A stretch of 64,000 bases of DNA from Salpingoeca rosetta (taxonomy: Eukaryota > Protista > Choanoflagellata). The position numbers were made by a program, and so were the translations under genes. The stretch is from contig JAWQFM010000018.1 of NCBI GenBank assembly GCA_033442325.1, forward strand, positions 330,536-394,535, written 5' to 3'. The notes beneath the pieces are model-generated. The model had not been told where the DNA came from and did not search any database. It saw nothing but the letters and a program-made list of their open reading frames with translations. Of the stretch, positions 30,406 through 48,509 are shown one piece after another (within the stretch, counting starts at the first letter, position 1; each line of letters starts with the position of its first letter).

Positions 30406-30901
30406 GAAAAAGAAGGAGAGTGAGAAGCAAGCGACGAAGGAGGACGCCGCAGCACTTAAGCGCAAGCAGGAGGAGAAGAAGGCAACCGTAAGCGCAGCGT
30501 GCTTGCGGCATGTGCTTGTTTGGACGTGTGTGTGTGTGTGTGGTTGAGGTGCAGGAGTGAGTCCTTATACAAACGCCTGTACACGACTGACACGTTGTAT
30601 GCGTGCGTGTGTGTGTTTATGTGCGTATGTGTGTGCGTTGTGTGTATGTGTGTTTGTGTGTGTGTGTGTGTGTACGTGTGTGTGTGTACGTGTGTGCTTG
30701 TGTGTACGTGTGTGTGCATGTGTGTGCGTGTGTGTGTGTGTGCAGGCTGCTGCTGAGGCGAAGTTGCAGGCTGCTGTTGACACTGGGGACATTCCTCGCA
30801 TTGAGGCCGCTATCAAGACGGCATCTGCAGCCGGTATTTCCTGTGCATCCGCGTCAAAGGTCCGTCACACACAGAGGTGGTAGCGATGATGGTGGCACAC
30901 G

Positions 30902-30972
<71 letters not shown>

Positions 30973-31838
30973 TGAGTGTATGTGTGTTGGCGGTGTTGCA
31001 TGCACGCATGTAACCATGTGCTCAAATCGAACTTGTGCATGTACATCTGCGCGTGCATGTATGTGTGTGTGTACTTCTGTCTCTGCCTCTCACTCTCTCA
31101 CTGTGTGTGTGTGTGTGTGTGTGCGTGTGTGCTTTCGTCAGGCGCTGCGTCGTCTTCAGCGCGCTGCTGCTCTTCGCGAGGAAATCAACGCCGCTGTCGA
31201 CGAGGTAACGCGACATGAGCACGCGTGCACGATCACGTGTGTTTGGATGCACACGCGTGCGCGTTTGTATGTTGCTTTTCCGGACTATTGTGCAGGGTGT
31301 TGGCTTTGACAGGTCCTGTCGCTATTCGTTGTTGACATGTGCATGTACATGTGTTGCTGCCACCGTCTGACAGGAGGACAAGGAGAAGATTTTTGACCTC
31401 CTGCGTCGTGTCATCGAGTGCTCAAAGAGGTGCGCACGGCTAATATGTTTGTTTGTTTGTTTGTTTGTTTGTTTGTTTGTGTGTATTTGTGTTGGTGTCT
31501 GCTGTCTGTCCTGGGCACTGTGCCGATGCCGCCTTATCCCCAGCAACACACCAGTGCTCACGCTTCATTATCACCATCACCACAACCACCACCCCCCCCC
31601 CCAACAGAATATCGTGTCTGGTGACGGCTGAGCTGACGGGTGCGCTGCAGCTGATGGACGTGCTGCCCGAAGATATGCGCTCCGCCCTCGTCGACATTGT
31701 CCCGCCATCCCGTCAGTCCCCTCGTGCTCGTGACGGCGGCTGTAGCATGCGAGAGTGACGGTTGGGAGAAATGTACTGCCTGACCTTCTTGCCACTTCTC
31801 TTTCTCTCCCCCCTAACCCTCATCACACTCACACACAC

Positions 31839-31933
<95 letters not shown>

Positions 31934-32403
31934 GCCGTCTTATCGTGTCGCAGACGACCTGCCTGTGCTGCTGTCGCCAGCGGAGCGCGAGGCGTTAGCA
32001 CGGAAACTGTCGATCCAGGCGAGCGCGGCGCCAACGCCACCATCATCCACCGCAGCGTCAACGCGACGGTCATCGACCAGCAACGCAGGGGCCACGATCA
32101 ATGCCACAGCTGCGGTAGGGGGAGCGCACTCAACGTCAACATCCAATGCACCTGCCCGCCACAGCAACGGCCACGACAACAACGGGCTCGTTGGGGGCAG
32201 TAGTAACAGCAGCAGTGGCAGCAATGGTGGTGGTAGTGGTGGCGGCGCTGTGTTTGCTAATGGACAGCAGCAGCCTGCGATTGGCGGCATCAGCAGTGAC
32301 AGCTGGCTCTCCGCCGTGGAAAACCCGGCGTTCCCCGTCTGCCTCGCACCAGAGTGCCAGACAGAGGTGTGTGTGTGTGTGTGTGTGTGTGTTTGTGCGT
32401 GAA

Positions 32404-32446
<43 letters not shown>

Positions 32447-32901
32447 ATGTGTGTGAATATGTGTGAATATGTGTGTGTGTGAGCGTGTGAATGTGAACGT
32501 GTGTGTGTGTGTTTGTGTTGATGTATGTGTGTGCATATGTGTGTGCGTATGTGTGTGTCCGTGTGAGCGTGTATGTGTGCGTGTGAGCGTGTGTGTGCAT
32601 GTGAGCGTGTGTGTGTGCCTGGCAGCGGCCGAATGCGGCCGAATGCGGCAGAGTGCGAGTGAGTGCGTGGTGCGAGCGAGCGAGAGGCGTCTTCTCAACC
32701 ACGACAATGCATGCATGCATGCATCCATCACCGTTTGTCGTTTGTTGTGGCAGGCGACGGAGTTTCTCCAGTCGGACGACGAGGAAGAGTCGGCGCCGAT
32801 GGTGTTTGAGGATCCCGTCGCGCTCCGCTCCTACGACGTCGCCCGCGCCCGCATGAAGACAGTGGTCAGTGGCACATACGCAGAGTGAACATGCTTGTAT
32901 T

Positions 32902-32941
<40 letters not shown>

Positions 32942-33962
32942 ACAACTCCTCCACTCCTCCACTCCTCCTTGCAGTACCCGCTGGACTGCGTGGATGTGCC
33001 GACGTCCATCCGCCACGGCCTCCCCGTCGCGTCGTCGTCCGCAAACAGCAGCGGCGGCAGCGGCAATAGTGGTGCCGGCAGCAAGAAGAAGGGCGGGGAT
33101 GAGGTGAGCAAGGCAGCGCGCTTGCTGGACGATCTCAATCTGTCCGAATACAAGGCCCGCCTTCTCTCTCGCGGCGTCACACACGAAGGTGCGCTGCGGA
33201 GGGTGTGAGTGTGCGTGTGTATGCGTGTTTGTGCTTGCGTGTGAGTGTACTGTTTCCCGTTTACCGATCACCACCACGCACACGTTGGCGTTTCCCTCAC
33301 GCTCACACCTCCACCTCACCACACAACACCGCTCCTCCTCCTCTTCCTCCACCTCCTCCTCTTCTCCACGTCATCATCATGATCATGGTCGTGGCAGCGC
33401 TGCTGACGCTGTCGCTGGCGGAGTTGAAGGCGGTTGGCCTGAGCAGCCCGGCCTCCCGCCATCGTCTCATGCAGTTCCGCAAGAAGAAGACGAGTGGCAA
33501 GGAATTCCAGCAACGCCTGTTTGCACAGGGTAGCTGCGTGCTGTGCCAGGGTGTGGCGGATGGCAAGTGCATGCCTTGCGGTCACGTTGCCGTCTGCATG
33601 CAGTGTAACAAGGCCTATCTCAGCCAAACGTGCCCTGTGTGTCGCAAGAATCTGAAGAGTAAGTCTGGTGTGCCTCTGCTGCCGCTGCTGCTGCTGCTGC
33701 TGCTGCTCTGTGTGCGTGTGTGTGCGTGTGTGTGTGTGTGCGCGTGTGTGTGTGTGTGTGTGTGCGTGCGTGTGTGTGTGTGTGTGGTTGCTGTGTCCCC
33801 TGTTTGACAATGCTCTCTACATGCACGCTCATACCCGCATGTGCACACCCACGCACACACGCTCACGCGCACACGCACGTGTCGTCTCATTATGTTGTTG
33901 TCGCATCACTGCTTGCAGGTGTTGTTCCTGTCAACCCAAGTGCTGCAGCAACATCATCGTAA
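27802..33962 (+). CDS. Cys-rich (CxxC array), low-complexity, SAM-domain and C-terminal RING-finger protein; putative E3 ligase
   Basis: Many CxxC pairs at ~29080-29590, a Lys/Gly/polyQ region, SAM-like '[47 protein letters not shown]', RING-HC 'CVLC...[13 protein letters not shown]......TCPVCR'. Last exon ends TAA at 33962. Confidence 0.8.
30301..30406 (+). repeat. Coding (CAA)n/(CAG)n polyglutamine tract
   Basis: In frame within the large exon 29079-30487. Confidence 0.9.
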
Positions 33963-34558
33963 TGGCTGTGTGCGTGTGTTTGTGTGTTCATGTTTTGTTT
34001 TCGTACGAACCCCAATGAACCATCTCCGCCCTCAATGCCATCGCTGCACCCCACGCGCTTGTGAAACGATGACGCGGCTGTGTGCGTGTGTTTGAGTGGA
34101 GGTGGGTATGACGGCAATGTTTCACTACAGCGGCAAACGACAGGCAGCCATTCTGAACACAACAACACGACAATGCATACAACCAGTCATTCATCATGTA
34201 CACGCAATCGAAAGTGAGACATGATAACAAAGGTGGAACAAGCTGTTGTTCTCTCTGGGCGAGCGGGAAGAAACAAGAGAGCGAGAATGACAAGAGACTG
34301 ACAAACAAGGCGAAGGCACACCAATCGAGGGCGCTTTGCGTGTTGTGGTGGTCATACATCCAACCAACACAACAACAGGCACGCGACATCATGAGAAACA
34401 ACAGCACGAGAGAGACGGAGTGGAGTGTCATGGGCAAGCAATCCACACCCCTCAACACACACACACACATCACATTACAAAAAAAAAAAAAAAAACCAAC
34501 GAAATGGAACAAGGTGATCTGATATGAAAGACAAGACGACTGGGAAGAGAATGTGGCA

Positions 34559-35652
34559 TCAGTACTTGTAGTTGACAGACCGCCGGCTGCGAAGGCGGCG
34601 TGACGCAAGCGCGGAGCCGGGCGACTTGGGGCCAGGCGCCTCAAACTGGCCGAGGCAAGGAAGCAAGGGAGGAGGGGCAAGGTGTGTGTGTGTGTTTGTG
34701 TGGCGGTCGTGAGAGGGATGATAACAGCTGGCGCAGGTAGGAATAATAAGGAAGAGCATGTGTAAACACACACACACACACACACAACACACAACACACA
34801 CACAGGCCATGACGATCGGCTGCGCTTACCCGCAAGCCCTTGGGGATCTTCTCCTCGTCAATTGGGGAGCGAACAAAGTAAGACTTCTCTCCACTACTCT
34901 TCCCCTCACCAGCGCCCTCCTCCTCTTCCTCCTCCTCCGTCACCATCTCGTCCACAATCTCGTCATCATCCTCACGCGCGTGTCCGCTGTCCTGCTGCTC
35001 AGCGCCAGCATCGCCGCTGTCATCGCTGTCGGCACCGCGTTCCATGCCCGCCTTTGGTGATGCAACCTTGGGCGCGCGGCTGCGGCGGCGGCGGGGAAGA
35101 GCAATGTCACGCTTCTTCAGGGACTTGAACACGTTCACGGGCTGCTGCTGGCTTGCGGACACGTCCTCCTCCTCAATGTTTGTCACGCTCGATTTGGGCA
35201 ATTGAATTGTCTTCAAGTCGTCCTCATCCTCCGCGTCGCTCACAAGCGACTCGCCGCCCTGCTGTGCACATGTGTGTGTGTGCATGTGCATGTGTGTGTG
35301 AGTGTGTGTGTGTGCGGCGCGTCAGCGTATTGAGTGGACTTGGGCAGTTTCCCTTACCAAAGCTCCCACAAGCGAACGACAGACACACATAGACACAGAC
35401 ACAGACACAGACACACGCACATGCACGCACACACACGCACAGAGGCATACAACCAACCAACCTTTGCCTTTGGCGTGGATGCGACGGGACCAATGGCGCC
35501 CTCGTCCTCCTCACCGCCCGGTGTCGACTCATCATCGCTCTGCAGGTCCTCAAGTCCCATCGACTTCACCGTCACCGCCGCCGCCGCGTCCTGCTCTCCT
35601 GTCGTCTGTGCAGCCGTCGTGGAGCGGAGGTGCCTGGCACATGCGTGCGTGC

Positions 35653-35743
<91 letters not shown>

Positions 35744-37461
35744 TGTTGCAAGCGATAAACGCAAACTTGAGTTGGTGCGTGTCAACGCGACTCCTTGTGC
35801 ATATGGTGTCGCATCAACAAAACAAACTCACTGGATGATGAACCAGGTGCTCACTGTCCAGAAGAGATAGGCAATGGACGCAATAGCGACGACAGAGGCT
35901 GCGATGGCGTTGAGCGTTGAGCGTGGGTGTTCATAGCAGATGTGAGGTGGCGCAATTGCAAGGTGTAGCACAAAATAGCAAGGTGAGCAGACACAACAAA
36001 CGCAACAGTCAGAGCGCGCACACACACACACGCACACACGCACGCACACGCACGCACGCACACGCACACGCACGCACACACACACACACACACACACTTG
36101 AGAAGGAGCAGAGGTAGCGAAGAAGGGCGGCCACGAGAGCGGAGACAATGGCAATGTTTGAAAAGTCGTCCTGGAAGCAGCGGTTTCCCTCGAGGGAGAA
36201 GAACCCCGTCACCACCGCGGAGATGAGGATGCCCATCTGCACGCCACATGACACGTGGCCAAACGCAGGTGTGTGTGTGTGTGTGTCGAAGTGAAGTGAG
36301 TGAGAACATTTGCCAGCGAGTTGAACGACAACACCAACAGCAGCAGTGCGCGCTTGCTTCGAGCAGGCGGCAGGCAAGATAGCTTTAACAGCAGGATGCG
36401 GCGGTTGATGGCAGCAGCCAGGGGCAGCGGAAACAGCCACAATCCACAGGGCGCACCTTGTGTGGGACAAGGAAGGCACCAATTTGCTGCACGGGAGCAA
36501 GGTCCTTTGTCTCGGCCACCTCAACGCTAAGGTTGTTGGAGAGGATGAGGCCAAGATAGACCTGCCATCAACGCAGCATGTGCACAGCAGAGTGAGCACA
36601 TGGAAACAAAGAGGAGGACAGAGTCGACAGCGGAAGCACGCCATCGTTAACGTGTTGTTCACGAGCAGCCTTGAAAGCAACAGTGGGTGCGGCTGCCGTT
36701 GGATACAGAACAGCGACGCTACCATGAGGGAACACGTACGGTGGCAAGGGGCACGAAGAAGAGGAGGTACATCTGGTCACGCATTTGACGGAACGCCTTG
36801 CGGTCCCACGGCTGCATGCTGAGGAACCCCATGGTCGCTGTTACCGCACCCATGGCCCACGTGCTGCACATTGTTACACCGGAATTGAGGGTAAGTGAGT
36901 CCCGCGGACGTATAACAGCACGGCATCAGAAACAAAGAACAGAAGAAGGGGGGGGGTTGTGGTTGATGGGGGATGAAGGCAAGTAGAAGACAAGCAAGAA
37001 AGCAGTGGATTGTGCTGGGCGCAGAAACGTGGTGCAACGCGTAGCAAACGTCCGGAGCAATCTCTCCGCGCGACTGCCACTTCACGCACCTTCTGAAGAG
37101 CGAGTCCATGAGGCCTTCGTACCCAACGACAATGCTGTCCTTGGGCACCTTCACGGTCACGTTGTTTGCCAGCAGAAACGCTGCCGAAAGCACACACCCC
37201 AGCGTGAGGCATGTTTCTATTTCACACACGGGGTGTGCACGAACACGCACAAGGCTGACAGACTAGCTGACAGACCACAGGCACACAGACACACAGACAG
37301 ACACACAGACTAGCTGACAGACACACAGACTAGCTGACAGACAAGCACAAGCACACGCACAACACACAAACACACACAAGCGCACACACATGACCACGAC
37401 TCGCACCTGCCAGTGTTGCTGTTGTGAAGAACACAACGGTGATGTTCAGTTTCTCCAACAT
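34559..37461 (-). CDS. Uncharacterised multi-pass membrane protein with acidic/basic disordered C-terminal tail
   Basis: ATG 37461 'MLEKLNITVVFFTTATLA'. Hydrophobic exons 'CLTLGCVLSAAFLLA', 'MGILISAVVTGFFS...IAIVSALVAALL', 'AIAASVVAIASIAYLFWTVSTWFIIQ'. Acidic tail and last exon 'FEAPGPKSPGSALASRRLRSRRSVNYKY*'. Confidence 0.65.
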
Positions 37462-37662
37462 GGTGGATTGTCTTGTGAAGCTGTCGATGACAACGAGGCT
37501 GTGTCTCGTGGTGGTCGAAGCAGCAGAGCGAGCAAGGACAAGAGGTGGAGGGAAGCACAGCGGCACAGCAGTGGCTGTTGTTGTGGTTGTTGTGGCAAAC
37601 GGCAAAAACGAAAATTTGGGCGGCGAAATTCGCACAATTTCTGCTGACTCAGCACATCCAAG

Positions 37663-37706
37663 ATGAGCACTGTGACGCGACAACAGGTGCATGTGTGTGT
37701 GTGTGT

Positions 37707-37758
<52 letters not shown>

Positions 37759-38211
37759 ACCTTCATTGGGTTCTTCTGATACGTTAGTTTGTTTCCCCGT
37801 GCTTCCCATGGCCCAATCACGCTCACATTGGCATTCATTTGTGTATGTGTGGTGTGTTGCGTGGTGACATGGCAGCTGTGACACAGCGCCACACGGACAC
37901 ACACGAGCCAACGCTCGCACGCAGGCAGGACGCGATCCGCTCGGTTAGACACACACACACGCACACCCTTGCATGTGCTTACGTTGAAAAATCGATTGGG
38001 TGCTTGTATGTGTTGCATACCCCCCCCCCCTCTTCCTCACCTCCGTGCAACTTCAACCTGTTCAACTGTTTGTCTGCAGGACATTTTCTACTTCTTTGAG
38101 GACCATCTCAAGGATGAATTCCCAGCGGAGTCATGTGCGGTTATGCGCTTGCAGTGTTTGTCGTCTCTGTACTTGATTGCGTGATGACTGACGTTGGTGG
38201 GGTTTGTTTGA

Positions 38212-38246
<35 letters not shown>

Positions 38247-38933
38247 TGCACACAAATGCACACAAATGCACACAAATGCACACAAATGCACACAAATGCA
38301 CACAAATGCACACACACACACACTCGTTCGTGCTCATTCACCACATGCTTGTCCAAACATGATAACAGACGTGTTTGACGTGTACTACACGCAGGTGAGA
38401 TCCCCCTCAATGTTCTTGCTTCACATAGCTTTGGATGCGTGGCTTGATCGCCTGCAAGCAACGCGTTGTGTGTTCTGTGCCCATCACTCACCCGCGTTGC
38501 ATCATGCACAGGGTCGGGTGTGGCTGATTGACTTCAATCCGCTGTCGTCCGTGTGCGATCCCGGCCTCTTCACGTGGGAGGAGCTGCAAGGTCGGTTCAG
38601 CGTTGTGTCTGCTGTCATCACGCGCGCGCACGTGAAGCGTTGCACCACCCACCTCAACATCAAACACCATGGCCGGTGCATGCCACGAACACCTCTTTTC
38701 TCGCGTTTGTGGCGTTCTTTCGATACATGCAAACCATCCCATCCCATCTTGTCCCATCTTATCCCGCTCCAACTCACCATATCCTCAATCATTACCACCA
38801 CCAACCATTACCATTACCACCGTGGCACCAGAGCTTGGCGCGAAGCGGCACGAGCGCTTTGTTGAGGACACGGCACAGTATGCGACAGACGAAGAGATTG
38901 AACAGCTGCTGCTGCTGCACCAGCGCATGGAGG

Positions 38934-38974
<41 letters not shown>

Positions 38975-39888
38975 GGCCGTGATGGCCACGTGCAGGGTGA
39001 GTGACAGGCTACTCTGTGTATGTGTGTGTGGTGTTTTGTGTTGTGTGTGTGTGTGTGTGGTTGCTGTCATGTGACAACTTCCATGTGTTTGCTCGCTCAT
39101 GTCTGCGATATCATGCATACACATGCCAACTCCGCTGCCCCTTTGCAGGCGATGCTGAGGGCCGCAACAATGACGACAACGGCAACAGCAGCGGCGAACA
39201 TGATGGCGACGACGAGGACGATGATGCGCGTGCACGCGAGCGGACGCTGACAGATGAACTGAACCGGCGGCTGCTCGTTGCATTTCAAGGGATGGTGGGT
39301 GGTGGCGACGACGACAAGGCGGGGCAACCACCGCCGCCACCAGCAGTCGCGGCCATGATCAAGGCGGGGCAAGCACGCGATACACACGAGGAGGAGGAGG
39401 AGGAAGAGAGCCCCTTTGACGACGACGATGGTGATGATGATGGTGGTGATGACGTGACAGCACCAGCGCAGGCGCAAGGTGGTGCTGAACACACACAGCA
39501 GCAAGCGCAGCAGCAGAAGACAGAAGACAACACGCTCAACGATGCTGATGAAGACGAAGAAGAAGAAGAGGAGGAGGAGGAGGAGGAGGAAGAGACGCCC
39601 CACACTGCCCTGCGGCGGGTTGTGATGCGCGTGGTCACGGACCAGCCGCGTCTTGGGTCCGCCAAGTTTGCAGCGCACGCGTTCCCGCGCGATGTGGTTG
39701 AGATTGCAGCGACGGGTGATGTGAATGTGATGATCAAGGCGATGCAGGAGGCAGCCAGGCAGCAGGCCGAGCACACGGACGACGAAGGTGGTGGTGGTGA
39801 TGATGACTACGACGACGACGACGATGACGATGAGGAAGAGGAGGATTGGACAACAGATGATGATGATGACGAGGAAGAAGAGGAGTAG
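37663..39888 (+). CDS. CDC123: Cell division cycle protein 123 (eIF2 assembly factor); central part absent from this sequence
   Basis: First exon 'MSTVTRQQ', then 'VLRGDMAAVTQRH...QDAIRS-DIFYFFEDHLKDEFPAES-YVFDVYYTQ-GRVWLIDFNPLSSVCDPGLFTWEELQ' and C-terminal 'AHAFPRDVVEIA'. All match the D123 family. Long acidic insertion. Confidence 0.85.
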
Positions 39889-40073
39889 TGGCGTGATCTT
39901 ATGCGAGGGAACAAAGTCTTCTTGTCTTGCACTTTGTGTAGGTGTGTGTGTGTGTGTGGTTGTTGTTGTGTTGGTTGATGTGATTAAAACCGTGTGAACA
40001 AGCTGACAGCATTGTGCAAGACGTTTATTCAATGACAAGTGCATGGGCATGTCAGTGTTGTTGTTGTTGTTGC

Positions 40074-40143
<70 letters not shown>

Positions 40144-40180
40144 TGTGTGCGTGAGTGTGCGCGTGAGTGTGAGCATGCAA

Positions 40181-40691
40181 TCACTCCGGCACGACGGCGA
40201 TGGCCTCAATCTCGACCGAGACGTCCTTAGGCAGGCGCGCCACCTGATACGCAGCACGCGCCGGGCGGTGGTCTCCAAACGCCTGGCACATAGACACGTG
40301 CACAATGTGTATGTGTGTGTGTTGTGTGTGTGTGTGTGTGTGTTGTGTGAAGGTGAGGTGAATACATGGAATCCGCAAACCATCACAACGCGCAGGCAAT
40401 GCCACGTTTGCTTCCATTTGGCGCTCACCTTGCCGTAGACCTCGTTCATGGCCTGGAAGTCATTCATGTCCTTGAGGAGAACAGTTGTCTTCACCACCTG
40501 CACACGCAACGGGGGAGAGCGAGCACAGCATGCACATGAGCGGACATCAACACACATGTGCACGCGTCAGGCCACCTGCGTCGAGGTGTCGTTTGTGCTT
40601 GCACATGTGTCAAGCAATGAATCACACACTCACACACACACTCTCTCTCACTCACACACTCACACACTTGCACACACACACTTACACACAC

Positions 40692-40746
<55 letters not shown>

Positions 40747-41494
40747 CGGCATGGCGTGAGTCAAACCTGGTTCATGTCGCTGCCGGCAGCCTTGAGCACC
40801 TCCCGGAGGTTGCTGAGAACAAGCTCCTGTTGGTGAAGGAGGGGAGGGAGGAACGCATGAGGAACGCAGCACACGTCCGCAAACAACATCAGTCAAACGA
40901 CATGGCACACCATGCATGATGAATACAAGCAATTGAACAAGCGTCATCACGAGGGTGTGGTCAGAAGGGCGAACGAATAACACACATACACACACACACA
41001 CATACGAACACAAACATACGCACACATGTACATGCACACGCACACATGTACTTGCACACGCACACGCACACGCACACGCACGCACACAGACCGTCTGATC
41101 GGCAATGGATCCGAGCTTGAGCTCGCCCGTGGCGGCGTCGATCGGGATCTGGCCGCTGCAGTAGACCATGCCGTTTGCCTTGACTGCCTGCGAGTATGGG
41201 CTATATATGTTCATGTGACGTGGGGTATGTGGTAGGTCATTGAGGTGAGGGAATGGGAAGATGAGAGGGAGATGGGGTGCAAATGCTCACGCACCATGCA
41301 TGTGACATTACACTGCATAGCCTTCTGCATCATATACACACTCACACAGGCACAGACAAACAGACACACAGACAAAGAATACACACAGACAAAGCACACA
41401 CACACACACGCACACACACACACACACACGCACAGACAAAACATACACACTCAGACACACACACACAGACACACACACAGACACACAGACAAAG

Positions 41495-41526
<32 letters not shown>

Positions 41527-41786
41527 GACAAAACATACACACTCAGACACACACACAGACACACACACAGACAGACAGACAGACACACACACACACATAC
41601 ACAGACACACACAGACAAAGCATACACACAACAATACCCGATGGCGGCAGGGGCCTTGTCGGTGTGCACGGTGGCGAGGGAAGACATGGCGCGCGTGTAA
41701 GGGAAGCGGCAAGCAGGGGTGGATGCAAAGGCGAGGTGGAGGCGAGAGGTGATCCGGGCGGTCGTCGCTGTCAGTGCATGCAACAT
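40181..41786 (-). CDS. RIDA: RidA/YjgF/YER057c/UK114 reactive imine deaminase with putative mitochondrial presequence
   Basis: 5 exons: '[44 protein letters not shown]...[75 protein letters not shown]'. Catalytic Arg present in PAR. Confidence 0.95.
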
Positions 41787-42253
41787 GGAGCAGTGGAGGA
41801 GAGGGGAAAGTGTGTTGGTGTTGGCTTTTACTTCTTCTTTCTTTTTTTTTTTTCCTTTTTTTTTGCGATTGCGCAACTTCAACACCACCCAAAACGAAGA
41901 CGCTTTGGATGTGGTGTTGTGTTTGTGGCCTTGTGGTGGTGGTGGTGTGGTGGTGTTGACCGCGGACCCCCTTGGCTGCTTTCAGCGCTGATGAGGGGTG
42001 AGAGTCTCTTTGCTCTTAACAACAGAGATACACAATCTGGTTGGCAGGCAGTCGAGGCGAAACACGCACACGTACGCCATACGTAAACCATGCGCCCACA
42101 CAGCATGCACCGCCACCACCACCACGACCAGCAGAGCATAAGTACAAAATACCAAGCACAAGCAAGCGAGCAAGCAAGTCCTCTTCCATTTTGGTGCCAC
42201 ACAGCAGCAATGGATGCCCACAAACATGACGTCCACTCACACACACACACACA

Positions 42254-42337
<84 letters not shown>

Positions 42338-42485
42338 TTCACAAGAATAGACACGTAGAAGAGGAAAGAAGCCCATGCCGACACATGCGAAATGCAAATT
42401 GAAACATGCACCGCCAGAGGTGTTGACAACTTGAAGCATGCGCACAACGTTGGCCTGTAGGCAACCCACGGCGACCGTTCCCACA

Positions 42486-47049
<4,564 letters not shown>

Positions 47050-48509
47050 GCTGAGCTGTTACCGGATGCGAGGTGCTGTGGGGTGGAGGGAGTGTGTGGT
47101 TGGGAAAGGAGGACGTGCGAGGCGCGAGTGAGCGATACGCCAGGCTGCAAAATGGGTTGTGGTTGTCGTTGTCGTGGCTACTGTGGTTGACGTGGTTGAT
47201 GTGGTTGTTGAGGGAGGGAAAGGGGCCGCCAAAACAGAGGACGTGGAACGAGGAGATGGGGAAGAAAGGCCACGGAAGACCACGAGGGGAGAGATGAACA
47301 GGTCGGCGAGGTGGGGGAAGAGAACAAAGGTGGGAGACAAGGTGGGGGTGTGTGATGGGATGATCGGCAAGCAAGAAGGCAAGAGGAGGAGGAGGTGAGA
47401 ATGATGCTCAGGTGGATGACACCGAGAGCGGTGATGAAGAAAGCAGGGGGGAGGATGATGACCGATTGATCGTGTGCGTTTGCAGAAGATGCAGACGAAG
47501 CAGGATGAAAGCAAGTGTGCCCGGCAAGCGAAGCAACAACACACACGAGAGTAAAAAAGGGTGCGCGATGCGGGAAAACCAAACACCGTGTGACGTTAAC
47601 AACGACGCAACGCACATGTGAAACACAGCCTGGATGAGGCCAACAGCCCGAAGCGCTAGACCGTGTTTTGGAGACAAGCCCGAGTTGGAGCGCCTGATGT
47701 GAATGAAGAAGACCTGCCCACACGCAAACAACAAACACCGTGATGAGAGTCCATACAGTCTCACACGTTAACAACCAAAAGACAAAAAAAAAACCGTCAG
47801 CTGTGCACTGCACGCACCACCGGATGCAGATGCAGAGAACCCCAAGTTCAATTCCAGGAAACCACGCAGACCCAACGAGCGATGATGAACGAGGACACAG
47901 ATGATGGTGGTGGTGGGAACGAACTGACAAACGCGCAAACACACACCCACGCACACACACACCTGTGATTGATTGATTGATTGTGTGCACGACCGCCTTT
48001 TCTTGTGCCCGCCAAAGGAAAGGTGTTGTTGCGTGTGTTTGCAGCAAGCAAGGGGATGAGGATGATCTGATCGTGAGGTGCACTGCTGGTGGTGGTGGTG
48101 GTGGTGGTGGTGGTGGGTGCGAGCCCAACAACGTCAGATGCGCAGAAGTGTGGATGGGGCGCAATGCGTGGTTGCTCTTGCGTGAGGCGCACGCAAAACA
48201 CGGCAATCCATTTCCCAAGGTTTCGCCAGACCCAACCCGTTCGAACGCATACGCTCGTTCGAACCATGACCGAGCACTCCTCCCCAATCACACAACGCTT
48301 CACCAAACGCCACCGCCACGTCCAACGCCACCGCAAACGCCACGCCCGCGCTTGCTTCTTGCATACTCGCGCCTGCCTACCCAAACGCCAGCAAGCCAGT
48401 CCCAGCCTTGCGAGAAAACTGAAGTCAGTCGAGTCACAGAAAACTTTTATGCTGCCGGGTGGTCAGGTGGATGGGTGGATGACTCATCCTGCACCGCAGA
48501 AAGAGGAGG

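Noticed and set aside
47050-48509. ORFs 47178-48287 and 47977-48531 as genes
   Set aside because: Low-complexity, no coherent exon structure; probably UTR/promoter between divergent genes.
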